Notes: a model not told the origin generated them from the letters alone. DNA of 64,000 nt from Macrostomum hystrix (GCA_950097015.1 CATNEN010000001.1:16926001-16990000); one strand, 5' to 3'. Counted from the stretch's first letter, positions 51,301 through 62,136 are shown. Numbers and translations: made by a program.

Positions 51301-54300
51301 ATTACAATCCAATTGAGTTATCGATTTGATAACTCAAAGAATTAATTTCAAGAGGTTGTAGCCTAGTGGTTAGAGCGTCGGACTCACGACTTGAAGGTCG
51401 GGGGTTCGATTCCCGACTCCGCTGGAACAATTTGTGTCCTTTAGCAAGACACTTAACTCTGCATTCCTTCAGTTCACCCAGCTGTTAAATGGGTACCAGC
51501 ATTAGCTGGGATAATTGAAGGTGGGTGTGGCGTCCCCCAGTCCATGGACTGAACAGTTGTACGCAGCCTTCAGATGCGCCGCGCAATAGCTGCGGCTGTG
51601 CTGTCCGCTGCACATCTGCCTCAATTGGGACAGCTAGGTGTAATAAAATATTATTATTGCTTTTGGCTTTTTTAAGATGGGCTCCAGAATTTAGGCTGGT
51701 GGACTTAGAAACGTCTTTTGAAGTGTTTCGCAAAGCAGTGTCTTAGGAAGTTCGCAGCGAAGCAGCGTCGTTTGAGTGTTTTGCGAGTCGGTGTCCTTTG
51801 AAGTGTGTTGTGAAGCGGCATCATATGAAGTGTTTTGTAAGGTGGTGCCTTTTAGATATTTTGAAGCCGCGTCGTTTGATGTGTGCTCGAGGCGGTGTCC
51901 TTTTCAGTGTGTTGCGAAGCTGCGTTCTTTGACGTGTTTTGCGAGGCGGTGTCTTTCAAAGTGTGCTCTAAAGCGGCGTCCTTTGAAGTATTTAGCGAGG
52001 CGGTGTGCTTTAAAGTGTGTTGTTAAGCGGCGTCCTTTGAAGTGTGTTATAAGTTGGTGTCTTTGATGCAAAGCAAGAAATGAAAATTCAACTCTGCAGG
52101 CATGGTGGCGGTCTGCGCCGGCTGCAATATCTTCAATCCGTGGGCCGCCATCGTTGTCGGCATCCTGGCCTCTCTATCCTACACGGCCTGGTCCAGTCTG
52201 GTTGTACGCCTGAAAATTGACGATCCACTCGAAGCTGTCGGCGTCCATTTTGGCGGCGGCATTGTGGGAGTGTTCGCTGTGCCCTTTCTCAACGCCAAGC
52301 GAGGCATCTTGATCAACCCCAGCCGACAGTCCGGCCTGGACTTGCTCTGGCAGCTTGTTGGCGCCGCGGCCATCATGTCCTGGTCCGGCGGCATCGCCGT
52401 CGTCATGTTCGGCAGCCTGAAAGCCACCGGACTGCTGAGGGTCTGCGAGGAGTTCGAAAGGAAGGGCCTGGACATACCGAAGCACGGCGAGCCCGCCTAT
52501 CCGCTCGTGGCTTACGGGCACGGATGGGGCGACCGTGAGTGACCTCTTGACCTCTGCGCATCTGTCTGACCCCTGTCTGACCCCCTGTGTCTTACCCCTC
52601 TGTCTGACCCTTCTGTCTGACCACCTCTGTCTCAACCCCTCTGTCCTAACCCCTCAGTCTCAACCCCTCCGTCTCAACTTCTCTGTCTGACCCCTCTGTC
52701 TGACCCCATGTCTGACCCCCTAGCTGTGTCTGACCCCGTCTGTCATAAACCCTCTATCTCAAACCCTCCGTCTCAACTTCTCTGTCTGACCCCTCTGTCT
52801 GACACCCTGTCTGACCACCTAGCTGTGTCTGACCCCTCTGCCTGACCCCCTCTGTCTGTCTGCCACAAAGTGCAGAAAGTCTCAAAAAAGCATTTGAATA
52901 TTCTTGACTGGTGTTTTTTTGTTTTGCGCGACTTTCTCATCAGACTACTTTCTGTTGCTCGTTAAGAGCTAGTAGTATGCATGCTGCTTGATGAGAATTA
53001 CTCAAACAGTTAAACAAACGATGATTAAAAAAGACACAAGGAATGGAAAGATTGCTTGCTTTTTTCACTTGAATGTTTTAGATGCACCTGTTAATTCTGT
53101 AACTAAACAGCAGGAATTTTACTTACCCTAGCAATAGACACTGAAAGTATGTCTAAATTCTCGCATAGCATGCCAGTGAGTTAATAATTGGCATTGGCCA
53201 ACTAATAGTCCCAAATTGCACTAAATTTGCATCACAGATTTTTTTACTTAAACTCGTGTAAATCGATCTCTTTGTTTCTCCTAAAAAACCCTAAATTTCA
53301 GGACTCAACTGCAAAGGTAGGAATTAAAAGCATTATACTTTTTGTTTGCAGGCTTTTGCACGAAATTGCACTCTAAGAGACAATCAAAAACTTGTTTTAG
53401 AGAAAACGCGAATGGTTTCAATTTAAAAAAGTTTAGACAGGCGGTTAAATAAGTAATAGTCTCATATCATTTTCGATTAAAATTAAACGTGTTTTCTGAG
53501 GTTTTTTATCACCCTTGTTTTCCAAAAACATCCCGAATATAACATGCAAAAGTTCGCATATTTATCCTGAGATAACATGTTACCGTGTTACAGTTCACCC
53601 GTGTTGACAGAGATAGGGTCTAAGAAACAGTAATCGAACATGCGCGACGGTCGCCTAATAGGAAACTCCGAACATGTTCTTTGTTCCGAGAACATGTTCT
53701 TTTAAATTAATAAGGCTACTTAATGTATATTAATAAATTAAAAACATGAAGAAAAAACTATGCCTTCGTTGGCATGAGGTCAACAAACAAGACAGTACCC
53801 ATGTCTAGTATGGTTTATCACACACACATGGTTTAACTCTGTCTTGTTTGTTGACCTCATGCCAAGGAATGCATAGTTTTTTCTTCATGTTATTAATTTA
53901 TTAATATACATTAAGTAGCCTTATTAATTTAAAAGAACATGTTCTCGGAACAAGGAACATGTTCGGAGTTGCCTATTAGGCGACCGTCGCGCATGTTCGA
54001 TGTAGCCTAAGAGTCGTCAACACGGCTGTACAGTTACATTATAATTTATTATAAACGTAATAATTAATTATAAATTTAAAACAAAATTTATATTAATGAA
54101 TACTTTCAGCGGCTTGAAATATAAGTCCAAATACTATAGAAATGTAGAAATGTATAGAAATACTATAGCTATAGAATACTATAGACTGCTATAGAATACT
54201 GTAGAATACTATAGAAAATACAATTTATACGTTTGCCTTCACAATTTACTTTCATAGAAATGCTCGCATTCTGTAACACGGTAACATGTTATCGCAGGAT

Positions 54301-55618
54301 AAATATGCGAACTTTTGCATGTTATATTCGGGATGTTTTTGGAAAACAGCCTTCTTTTTTATTTAGTTTTCTAAAACTTAACAATAATTAAAACAAAAAG
54401 TAGGCTAGAAATTTTTTAACTTAGTTTTCTAGCAAATCGATTTTTTATTTTTACTACATTTTACTTATTTTTTGTTCTTTCTTAAAACAATCTTAAAACT
54501 TAAAGAAAACAAAACGCTCTAAAGGAAAGTCTAGCTCATTAGATTTTTACTTGTAAAACTTCTTTAAGTACACTTAAAGAGGTGTATTTTACATACCCGC
54601 TGCCTACTTGGTTAGCTCCCAAATCAAATGACCGATTTTCTTGAAAGTCTAACATATGGATCAAAATTTGGGGCTTTTTTGGACGAACACAGCCAAAAAC
54701 AACTAACATTGCTTAAGTATAATCCTTCATGGCAAATCCATATTGGTTTTTTAACTTAAAATAATTTTGTGATTTTGGGATTCGGTATTTTGGGAAATAC
54801 AGAAAAAAAGAAAGCGTGCATGGTCATTTGAATTCCCCGTGATCTTTCGACTGTTTAACGCAGTAAAGTAATTAAAACAAATATTGGCTTTTTAAAACTA
54901 GTAGCCCAGCTAAAAAGTCTAAGATCATTTTGTAGAATTAAAGTCAAAAGAATTGCACAAAGTTCAAACCCTCAAAGCACTCTGAAACTGCTAAGATTGA
55001 TTGATTAATTGACGAATTCATGATTTGTGTTGTGTTTTTTTAGCTGGCATAAAGGTGTCAGCTGAACTTAGCTTTGTGTTGTGTACTCACAATCGAAATT
55101 GGAAATGATTGAGCTCACAAGTCATGATTGCTGGTTTTTCTGCTTCCTGTAAATGTGTGATGAATGTAATTATACTCGTAAATTGGCTTATTAGACCAAC
55201 TTTGCCTTCTGTAACATAAATTGTATCATTTTTTGTACAATATAAAAAAATGTATTTATTTTTATAATTTCAGAAGTTCCAGCCGAACTATCCCTGAGCG
55301 GCATTGAAAGCTACGCCAGACGTAGAGGTAAGATTTGTAGCAAACCATAATTGCTACTTATAGAATGCAATTCAAACTACTTATTTATAAAAATTTCTAG
55401 CAAGCGAAGCTGATGCAAGAAATCACAATCAGCAGCAGCAGCAAAATGACAAGCCGGTGAACAATCATCACAAGCATCACCATCTGCACAATGACAAGCG
55501 CCTGCCAGAGGTTGCGGCAGCCTTCGGCTCCGCTGAGGACAATGGGACAGCGCGTGCCACCACTGGAGTTGGAGCAGCTGGTCGAGAAAATGGCGGCTTC
55601 GAGATGGCCGAGCTTTGA
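48377..55618 (+). CDS. amt: Ammonium transporter, Amt family, paralog B (~540 aa)
   Basis: Exons 48377-48593, 49060-49290, 49748-49857, 50774-51131, 52100-52534, 55274-55327, 55401-55618. GT-AG and in phase; motifs FMQAGFAFLEAGSVRSKN, DFAGSGVVH, FNGGS, DDPLEAVGVH, ERKGLD. Extra micro-exons in intron 5 are possible. Confidence 0.92.
48708..49036. repeat. 28 bp repeat (TTCAAGCTGAAGGTTCAGGGATAGTGTC), Amt-B intron 1
   Basis: Directly visible. Confidence 0.92.
49398..49700 (+). mobile_element. tRNA-derived SINE (family 2) in Amt-B intron 2
   Basis: A-box-like TGGCAGAGTGG (49409), B-box-like GAGCTCGATTCC (49453), ~200 nt body, (TTA)n tail; two partial copies elsewhere in the window. Confidence 0.75.
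50340..50720. repeat. 22 bp repeat (AAAAGACCTCTCGAACCACTTC), Amt-B intron 3
   Basis: Directly visible. Confidence 0.92.
51352..51658 (+). mobile_element. tRNA-derived SINE with CORE-like central domain, Amt-B intron 4
   Basis: A box TAGCCTAGTGG and B box GGTTCGATTCCC, then TGTGTCCTTTAGCAAGACACTTAACTCTG...CAGTTCACCCAGCTGTTAAATGGG resembling the MIR/CORE consensus as I recall it; AT-rich tail. Confidence 0.8.
51708..52066. repeat. Degenerate ~26 bp repeat (GCGGCGTCCTTTGAAGTGTGTTGCGA-like), Amt-B intron 4
   Basis: Directly visible. Confidence 0.8.
52540..52862. repeat. Degenerate CTGTCTGACCCCT repeat after the Amt-B exon 5 donor
   Basis: Directly visible. Confidence 0.8.
53516..54348. mobile_element. 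Foldback / MITE-like element with nested inverted repeats
   Basis: Outer arms 53516-53593 and 54271-54348 (78 bp, one mismatch seen). Inner arms 53633-53795 and 53839-54001 (163 bp, few mismatches). No coding capacity and no clean TSD identified. Confidence 0.8.
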
Positions 55619-56745
55619 ACCGCTCACCGTGCAATGACCACTCAATCGATGAGACAGATTTAATTCATGCACAAATTGACAGTTAAAGCTGTAACATTAA
55701 GTCTTCATTAAGTTGCATACATTTTTTATAAAAATAATCCTTCGTAAAAGTTGTAAAACGAAGCATTATTTTAGCTATTTTGTTATAACCTTTTCTTCTG
55801 ATGGATTCTTTAATCAGGCACAAAAATTCCAGTTTCAAAGAACAAATATTTTTTCTGTACATGCTTTTCATTACTTTTTGTATACTTGTAAAAAATGTTT
55901 CTTTATAACAAAATTGTTTAGTATATAGAAATTTAAGTTTTTTAGAGCAAGCAACGATGAATTATTGAGCGCCCAGTAAGTATCAATCATCTTCCTATCT
56001 ATTCCAAAATATTCCGGAACTTTTCTTTTAAATTTTCATGTTACGTTTCCTAATTACGCTCATGCAGTCAATGCTATAATTTTGCGTAAAAATAATCTTT
56101 GTAAATTACCTTTTTTCTGACCTTGTCTTCACCGTCTCCTCTTGTCCTCTTGTCAAACTTTGCTATTTGTTATAATTAGAGTATATTTTTGACAACCGGA
56201 TTAGTCCATTTTTATTTTTAAACAACAATTTTTCCTCGATAAAGAATGCCCGACGACCACGACAAGTATTTTTGTTTGCAGCACAATTTTTAGACTCTTC
56301 TGTAGATTGAAAAATGTTACTCTAACAAAGGATTTCTGTTTCGTCCAAATATATAGTCGGACGAAATGAAATAATAAGTTAATAAAACAGCTTTTATGAT
56401 GTAATAGTGAACTCGTTTTCAACTAATACAGTAGTGAAGCACGCTACCTTACTGAATAAGTAGTATATAACGCATATTAACAAATCGGTCACAGATACGA
56501 GCTAACAAAGACAGGCGTAAACGCTCGTACGGGAATTCGGCTGAAATAAACAATGTCAATAACGAGAAAACACAGAATGACCTTTAGTTATCAACAAAAA
56601 AAGCTTGAATATCGTATTACTTTAAAATCTTCACAAATAATTTGAGTTCTATATGAACTCAAATTTCATGATTTTCATGAACGAAATTAAGAAACTCGTC
56701 AACTTAGGAAATCGGCGAATCGAGAAGTCTTCCTGATCGTCCAGA

Positions 56746-59182
56746 TCACATATCTTCAGTGTGAAATGTCGCATTACTTCGAGCCTCTACAACTGAGTCA
56801 GGCGTGACAATGGACTGAGCAGCAACTGGTAGGTTATCGGTTCTATCTGGAAATGAAAAATTTGTGAGATGTGAGAAATGATAAATAACAACAAACCAAT
56901 CTTATCGGTTTGATTTATTCAGCTGACCTTTAGAGTTCAAATCACAGTTAGCAGCTGTTGTTATCGACGGCCTAATATTGCAGTCAAGACACTGACCTGT
57001 GCTGCGACGCATCAGTTCTGTGAAACGAATATCGGTTGGCAATGTCTGTGAGGGTACGCAGATCCGTTTCGTCATTTTTGTTCTCTGGTTATCCTCAAAA
57101 CAGGTCATTGCCACCCTCAAACCAGGTCATTGTCGTCCTCAAACCAGGTCATTGCCACCCTCAAACCAGGTCATTGTATTCTCAAACCAGGTCATTGTCA
57201 TCCTCAAACCAGGTCATTGTCGTCTTCAAACCAGGTCATTGTCATCCTCAAACCAGGTCATTGTCGTCTTCAAACCAGGTCATTGTCGTCCTCAAACCAG
57301 GTCATTGTCATCCTCAAGCCAGGTCATTGGGCTGACATCTCCCACCTGGTCATTGGACTGACATGATCCACCTGGTCATTGGGCTGACATCCCCCACCTG
57401 GTCATTGGGCTGACATCTCCCACCTGGTCATTGGACTGACATCTCCCACCTGGTCATTGGGCTGACATCTCCCACCTGGTCATTGGACTGACATGATCCA
57501 CCTGGTCATTGGGCTGTTATTCCCCACCGCGCAGGAGCCGGCGAAGTCCTGGAAGGTGGTGATCGGGCTGTCATCCCCAGCTCACCCAGGCAGTCACCAT
57601 CCCTGGCCAGATCGCGACTCTCCCATCCCCTGCCGTAGGGATAAGCCGGCTCGCCGTGCTCAGCCTCGTCAAGGCCGACTGATTCGGCAGCCGGTGGCAC
57701 GCGAAACAGGCCGAACAGGTGCAGGCAGCCGAATACGGACAGTGAGAAACCGGCCGACCAGGTCATGATGGCGAGAGCTCCGAGTAGCTGCCAGAGCAGG
57801 TGGAAGGCCGCAGCCATGTCGGCATTCCAGATCAGGCCATGGCGAGTGTGGAAGATTGCCACCAGGATCAGGCCGATAAAACCACCGGAGAAATGGACAC
57901 TGACAGCGTCCACAGGGTCGTCAATGCGAAGTCGGGCGACCAAGGCCGAACAGCCGATGTACGCGAAACCGGCCACCGAGCCGATGACCAGGGCCGACCA
58001 AGGCTCCACTGAGTTGCAGCCGGCACAAATTGCCACCATGCCTGAATGGGATTCGATGCCTGTCTAACAGGTGTTTCTCTGTGTCTAACAGGTGTTTCTC
58101 TGTGTCTAACAGGTGTTTCTCTGTGTCTAACAGGTGTTTCTCTGTGTCTAACAGGTGTTTCTCTGTGTCTAACAGGTGTTTCTCTGTGTCTAACAGGTGT
58201 TTCTCTGTGTCTAACAGGTGTTTCTCTGTGTCTAACAGGTGTTTCTCTGTGTCTAACAGGTGTTTCTCTGTGTCTAACAGGTGTTTCTCTGTGTCTAACA
58301 GGTGTTTCTCTGTGTCTAACAGGTGTTTCTCTGTGTCTAACAGGTGTTTCTCTGTGTCTAACAGGTGTTTCTCTGTGTCTAACAGGTGTTTCTCTGTGTC
58401 TAACAGGTGTTTCTCTGTGTCTAACAGGTGTTTCTCTGTGTCTAACAGGGCTGCTAACCTGTTATTGGTCTAACCAATTGGTCTAATATGCGCTTCTCTT
58501 TGTATAAAAGAGTAATTCATGTCTAACAGGTTGGTCGTGTCTAACAGGATAGTCGTGTCTAACAGGTTGGTCGTGTCTAACAGGTGGTTCTCACCAGCCA
58601 GACCGCCGTTGATGGTACTCAGCAGTGGCCATCGACGCGAACGCAGCCTTCCAATCGCCATGACAACCAGGCCAGCCGCGCTGCCGCTCAGCATAGTGTT
58701 CAGCATGGCCAGGGCCAGGACCCGGCCGTCGCCAACCGAAGCCACCGAGGCGTGCGAGCCGCCATTGAAGGCCAAGAAGCCGCAGAACAGGACGAAGCCG
58801 CCAATGGCCGCCAGAGGAACCGAGTGGCCCGGAATGACACCGGAGACTGTCGCTGGAGCCCCCGAGGACCCGGGAAACCGGCCGATACGAGGACGAAGGA
58901 TGATAGCCGCCACGAAGGAGGCGGAACCGCCCAGTAGGTGCACCGCGCCGGAGCCGGCGAAGTCCTGGAAGGTTGATCGGTGGATGATGAGACAAACAGA
59001 CAGACAGGGAGACAGACAGGCAGACAGACAGTATAGACAGATAGACACCCAGCACTGACAGACAGACAGACACCCAGCACAGACAGACAGACAGACACCC
59101 AGCACAGACAGACAGACAGACAGACAGACACCCAGCACAGACACACAGACACCCAGCACAGACAGACAGACAGACACCCAGC

Positions 59183-59217
<35 letters not shown>

Positions 59218-59389
59218 CCCAGCACAGACACACAGACACCCAGCACAGACAGACAGACAGACACCCAGCACAGACAGACAGACAGACAGACAGACACCCA
59301 GTACAGTCAGACAGACACCCAGCACAGGCAGACAGACAGACAGACAGACAGACACCCAGTACAGTCAGACAGACAGACAGACACCCAGC

Positions 59390-59432
<43 letters not shown>

Positions 59433-60528
59433 CCCAGTACAGTCAGACAGACACCCAGCACAGGCAGACAGACAGACAGACAGACAGACAGACACCCAGT
59501 ACAGTCAGACAGACATACAGACACTCACCATGAATTTCAGATGCAGGGTAGTCTGTCCAACAGTCACTATAGTTGAAGCTAGCCATCCAGTTGGGGCCCA
59601 AATCCAGTGACTGGCTATCGGATAAACAAAGCCTATAAGGTTTTGCAGGTGTTACAAAATTTATTTGTCTGAAAAGTCTTGATAGCAAGCTAGAGAAACA
59701 TGCTGCTCACCGCTAATCAGCGCGGTGTACACCGAGTAGGCAGAGAATGTGCTTCGATCGGCAACAGCTCCGCTCACAATAGACGCGGCCGTGGCGGCAA
59801 ACATTGCGTTAAACAGAACGTGAGAATATCGGGTGGACGGCAGCCCCGCCAGGGCCCAGTAGCCAGCGCCGCAGAAGGCATTGTCCGGTTGGCCGAAGGC
59901 AAGAGCGTAACCAAACAGATAGTACATTGTGGAGCCCACGACTGAGGGGATTTGGGAGTTAGTTGATGAATTGTGTGGGCATTGGTTGATGAATTGTGTG
60001 GGTATTGGTTGATGAATTGTGTGGGTATTGGTTGATGAATTGTGTGGGTATTGGTTGATGAATTGTGTGGGCATTGGTTGATGAATTGTGTGGGTATTGG
60101 TTGATGAATTGTGTGGTATTGGTTGATGAATTGTGTGGGTATTGGTTGATGAATTGTGTGGGTATTGGAGGATCCACGAAAATCGGTGATTTGGTTGGGA
60201 GCTATCATGAAGCAGTGTCTTTCCTCAGTGGGAAAACGTGCGTGGTCGTTCTACTGTTCATGCATTCTCGCTTGCAAAGTTCCACGAAGCTCCGCTGTTT
60301 AACTTGAAACTCACATGAGTCCAAGACATTGCGCAGCAGGATGCTGGTGACATTCTTTGCCTGGACAGAGCCGGCCTCCAACAATGCAAATCCGATTTGC
60401 ATGGACAGTATCACAATGGACATCAGGCACAGGAAGGTGTCATTAAGTGACTCCTTCAGCGCTGACATATCAGCTGACAGTGCCACCAAGTCGATGCCGG
60501 AAAAGTTGGCCTCAACAACAGTCTCCAT
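56746..60528 (-). CDS. amt: Ammonium transporter, Amt family, paralog C (more divergent, ~491 aa)
   Basis: Exons 60315-60528, 59711-59941, 59529-59632, 58595-58964, 57586-58041, possible micro-exon 56997-57017, 56746-56846. Same core intron positions and phases as A and B; motifs MQIGFALLEAGSVQAKN, DFAGSGAVH, FNGGS, DDPVDAVSVH, ESVGLD. Confidence 0.9.
57092..57516. repeat. Two abutting arrays sharing GGTCATTG: 22-mer (CAAACCAGGTCATTGTCATCCT) then 26-mer (CACCTGGTCATTGGGCTGACATCTCC)
   Basis: Directly visible. Confidence 0.9.
58059..58585. repeat. 21 bp repeat (TGTCTAACAGGTGTTTCTCTG) plus a short 19-mer run with the same core, Amt-C intron 4
   Basis: Directly visible. Confidence 0.95.
58990..59523. 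repeat. (GACA)n interrupted by CCCAGCAC/CCCAGTAC, Amt-C intron 3
   Basis: Directly visible. Confidence 0.92.
59960..60168. repeat. 23 bp repeat (TTGGTTGATGAATTGTGTGGGTA), Amt-C intron 1
   Basis: Directly visible. Confidence 0.92.
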
Positions 60529-60873
60529 GTCGTTTGTTTAGCCAAACAAGCGGTCAAACTAGCTTTAGCCTATGTGCTTCTTATACATGTTGGGCCTATC
60601 AATCATCTAGATTGTCGAGCCTATCAACGATTCGAAGACAATGCGACCCGTGTGACTCAAAGAGCCATAATTGGATAGACGAATTCGGAAGATGAACTCA
60701 CGAGTGCCAATCAGTCCGAGTGCTAATTTGCTGCGACTCCAGGAAATTCGCTTAGACTGATGATGGCTGTGTAAAAATAGACCATCCTGTACCGCGGAGA
60801 AGGACACAATGGCCTTTCCAAATCACCAAAATAATGTCATAACAAACAACACATTCGGCTATATTGATAGCAA

Positions 60874-61300
60874 GGGATTAGTGGATCTAGAATGGGATTA
60901 GTAGATCTGGAATGGGATTAGTAGATCTAGAAATGGGATTAGTGGATCTGGAATGGGATTAGTGGATCTGGAATGGGATTAGTGGATCTAGAATGGGATA
61001 AGTGGATCTAGAAATGGGATTAGTGGATCTGGAATGGGATTAGTGGATCTGGAATGGGATTAGTGGATCTAGAAATGGGATTAGTGGATCTAGAAATGGG
61101 ATTAGTGGATCTGGAATGGGATTAGTGGATCTAGAAATGGGATTAGTGGATCTAGAATGGGATTAGTGGATCTAGAAATGGGATTAGTGGATCTGGAATG
61201 GGATTAGTGGATCTAGGATGGGATTAGTGGATCTAGAAATGGGATTAGTGGATCTAGAAATGGGATTTGTTTATCTGGAATGGGATTAGGGGATCTAGAA
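60874..61300. repeat. 20-21 bp repeat (GGGATTAGTGGATCTGGAAT)
   Basis: Directly visible. Confidence 0.92.
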
Positions 61301-62136
61301 TTTGAGGATGACAAGGGATTCGAAATCAGCGAATAAACTCCAAAGGAAAATGACTAACTCGAATAGAATTTAAGAGCTCCATTTACTTTTTGAGTCTAGA
61401 GAAGATTCAACAGGTTTCTGTATAGCTATGTAAGAAAGTAAAGAAGTTTCATTCTAAAGCACACATTTTATTTTAACAAGTAAAAAAGGTAAAAAAACAA
61501 AAAGGTTAATTGTGACGAATTCTTTCAGTTCTGTGGGAATATTTCCAGATTGTCACAGAATAGTAACAAGATATTGCAAACAGGTTAAAAACCTACTTTC
61601 AGTGTGACTTTTTGTGAGCGAATAAAGAACTAATGTAAACTTATTTTTTAGATATGAAATCTAAGGACTTATAATTAGAGTTAAAGAAACCACCCAGGAA
61701 GCAGCCGATGTAACCGTAAATTGTGCGGAAACCGCCGAAGAATCACCAGAACCAGTGGCCCATGGGACAACCAGAGAATTATTTACGGGCGATTCCTCGG
61801 CGGTTTCTGAGCATGGAATCTTCCGAACTGGAGGATTCTTTGGGTGATTCCATTTCGCCACCAAGAAGCACCGAGAAAACGCCCAGTTGGGTAGATTCTA
61901 AGCATGAAATCATCAGATTGGTATGTTTCCAGCGTTCGGCTGTTTCTTTTTCTGGAAACACCGCAGATTCCAACTGGAATCACCCAATGAAACATCCCTA
62001 TTTTTAGCGGGCTTAAGAATGAGATCACAAGCTTGAAACATAACAAACATTTATTAAAACCAGAAAAAGCACTACAAATATGTATTGGCAGTCTATCGTG
62101 ACGCTGAGAACAAAGCATGCATTGTTCTGAGAACTT

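Noticed and set aside
51352-51425. Functional tRNA gene
   Set aside because: The anticodon and acceptor stems pair poorly, and the sequence continues into a SINE body
53132-53316. Extra Amt-B micro-exons (PIDTESMSKFSHSMP; DSTAK)
   Set aside because: Splice-like sites exist but end in phase 0, and I found no linking exon restoring phase 1; left unannotated
39141-60528. Horizontal transfer of bacterial amtB
   Set aside because: Shared spliceosomal introns, animal-type motifs and no glnK neighbour
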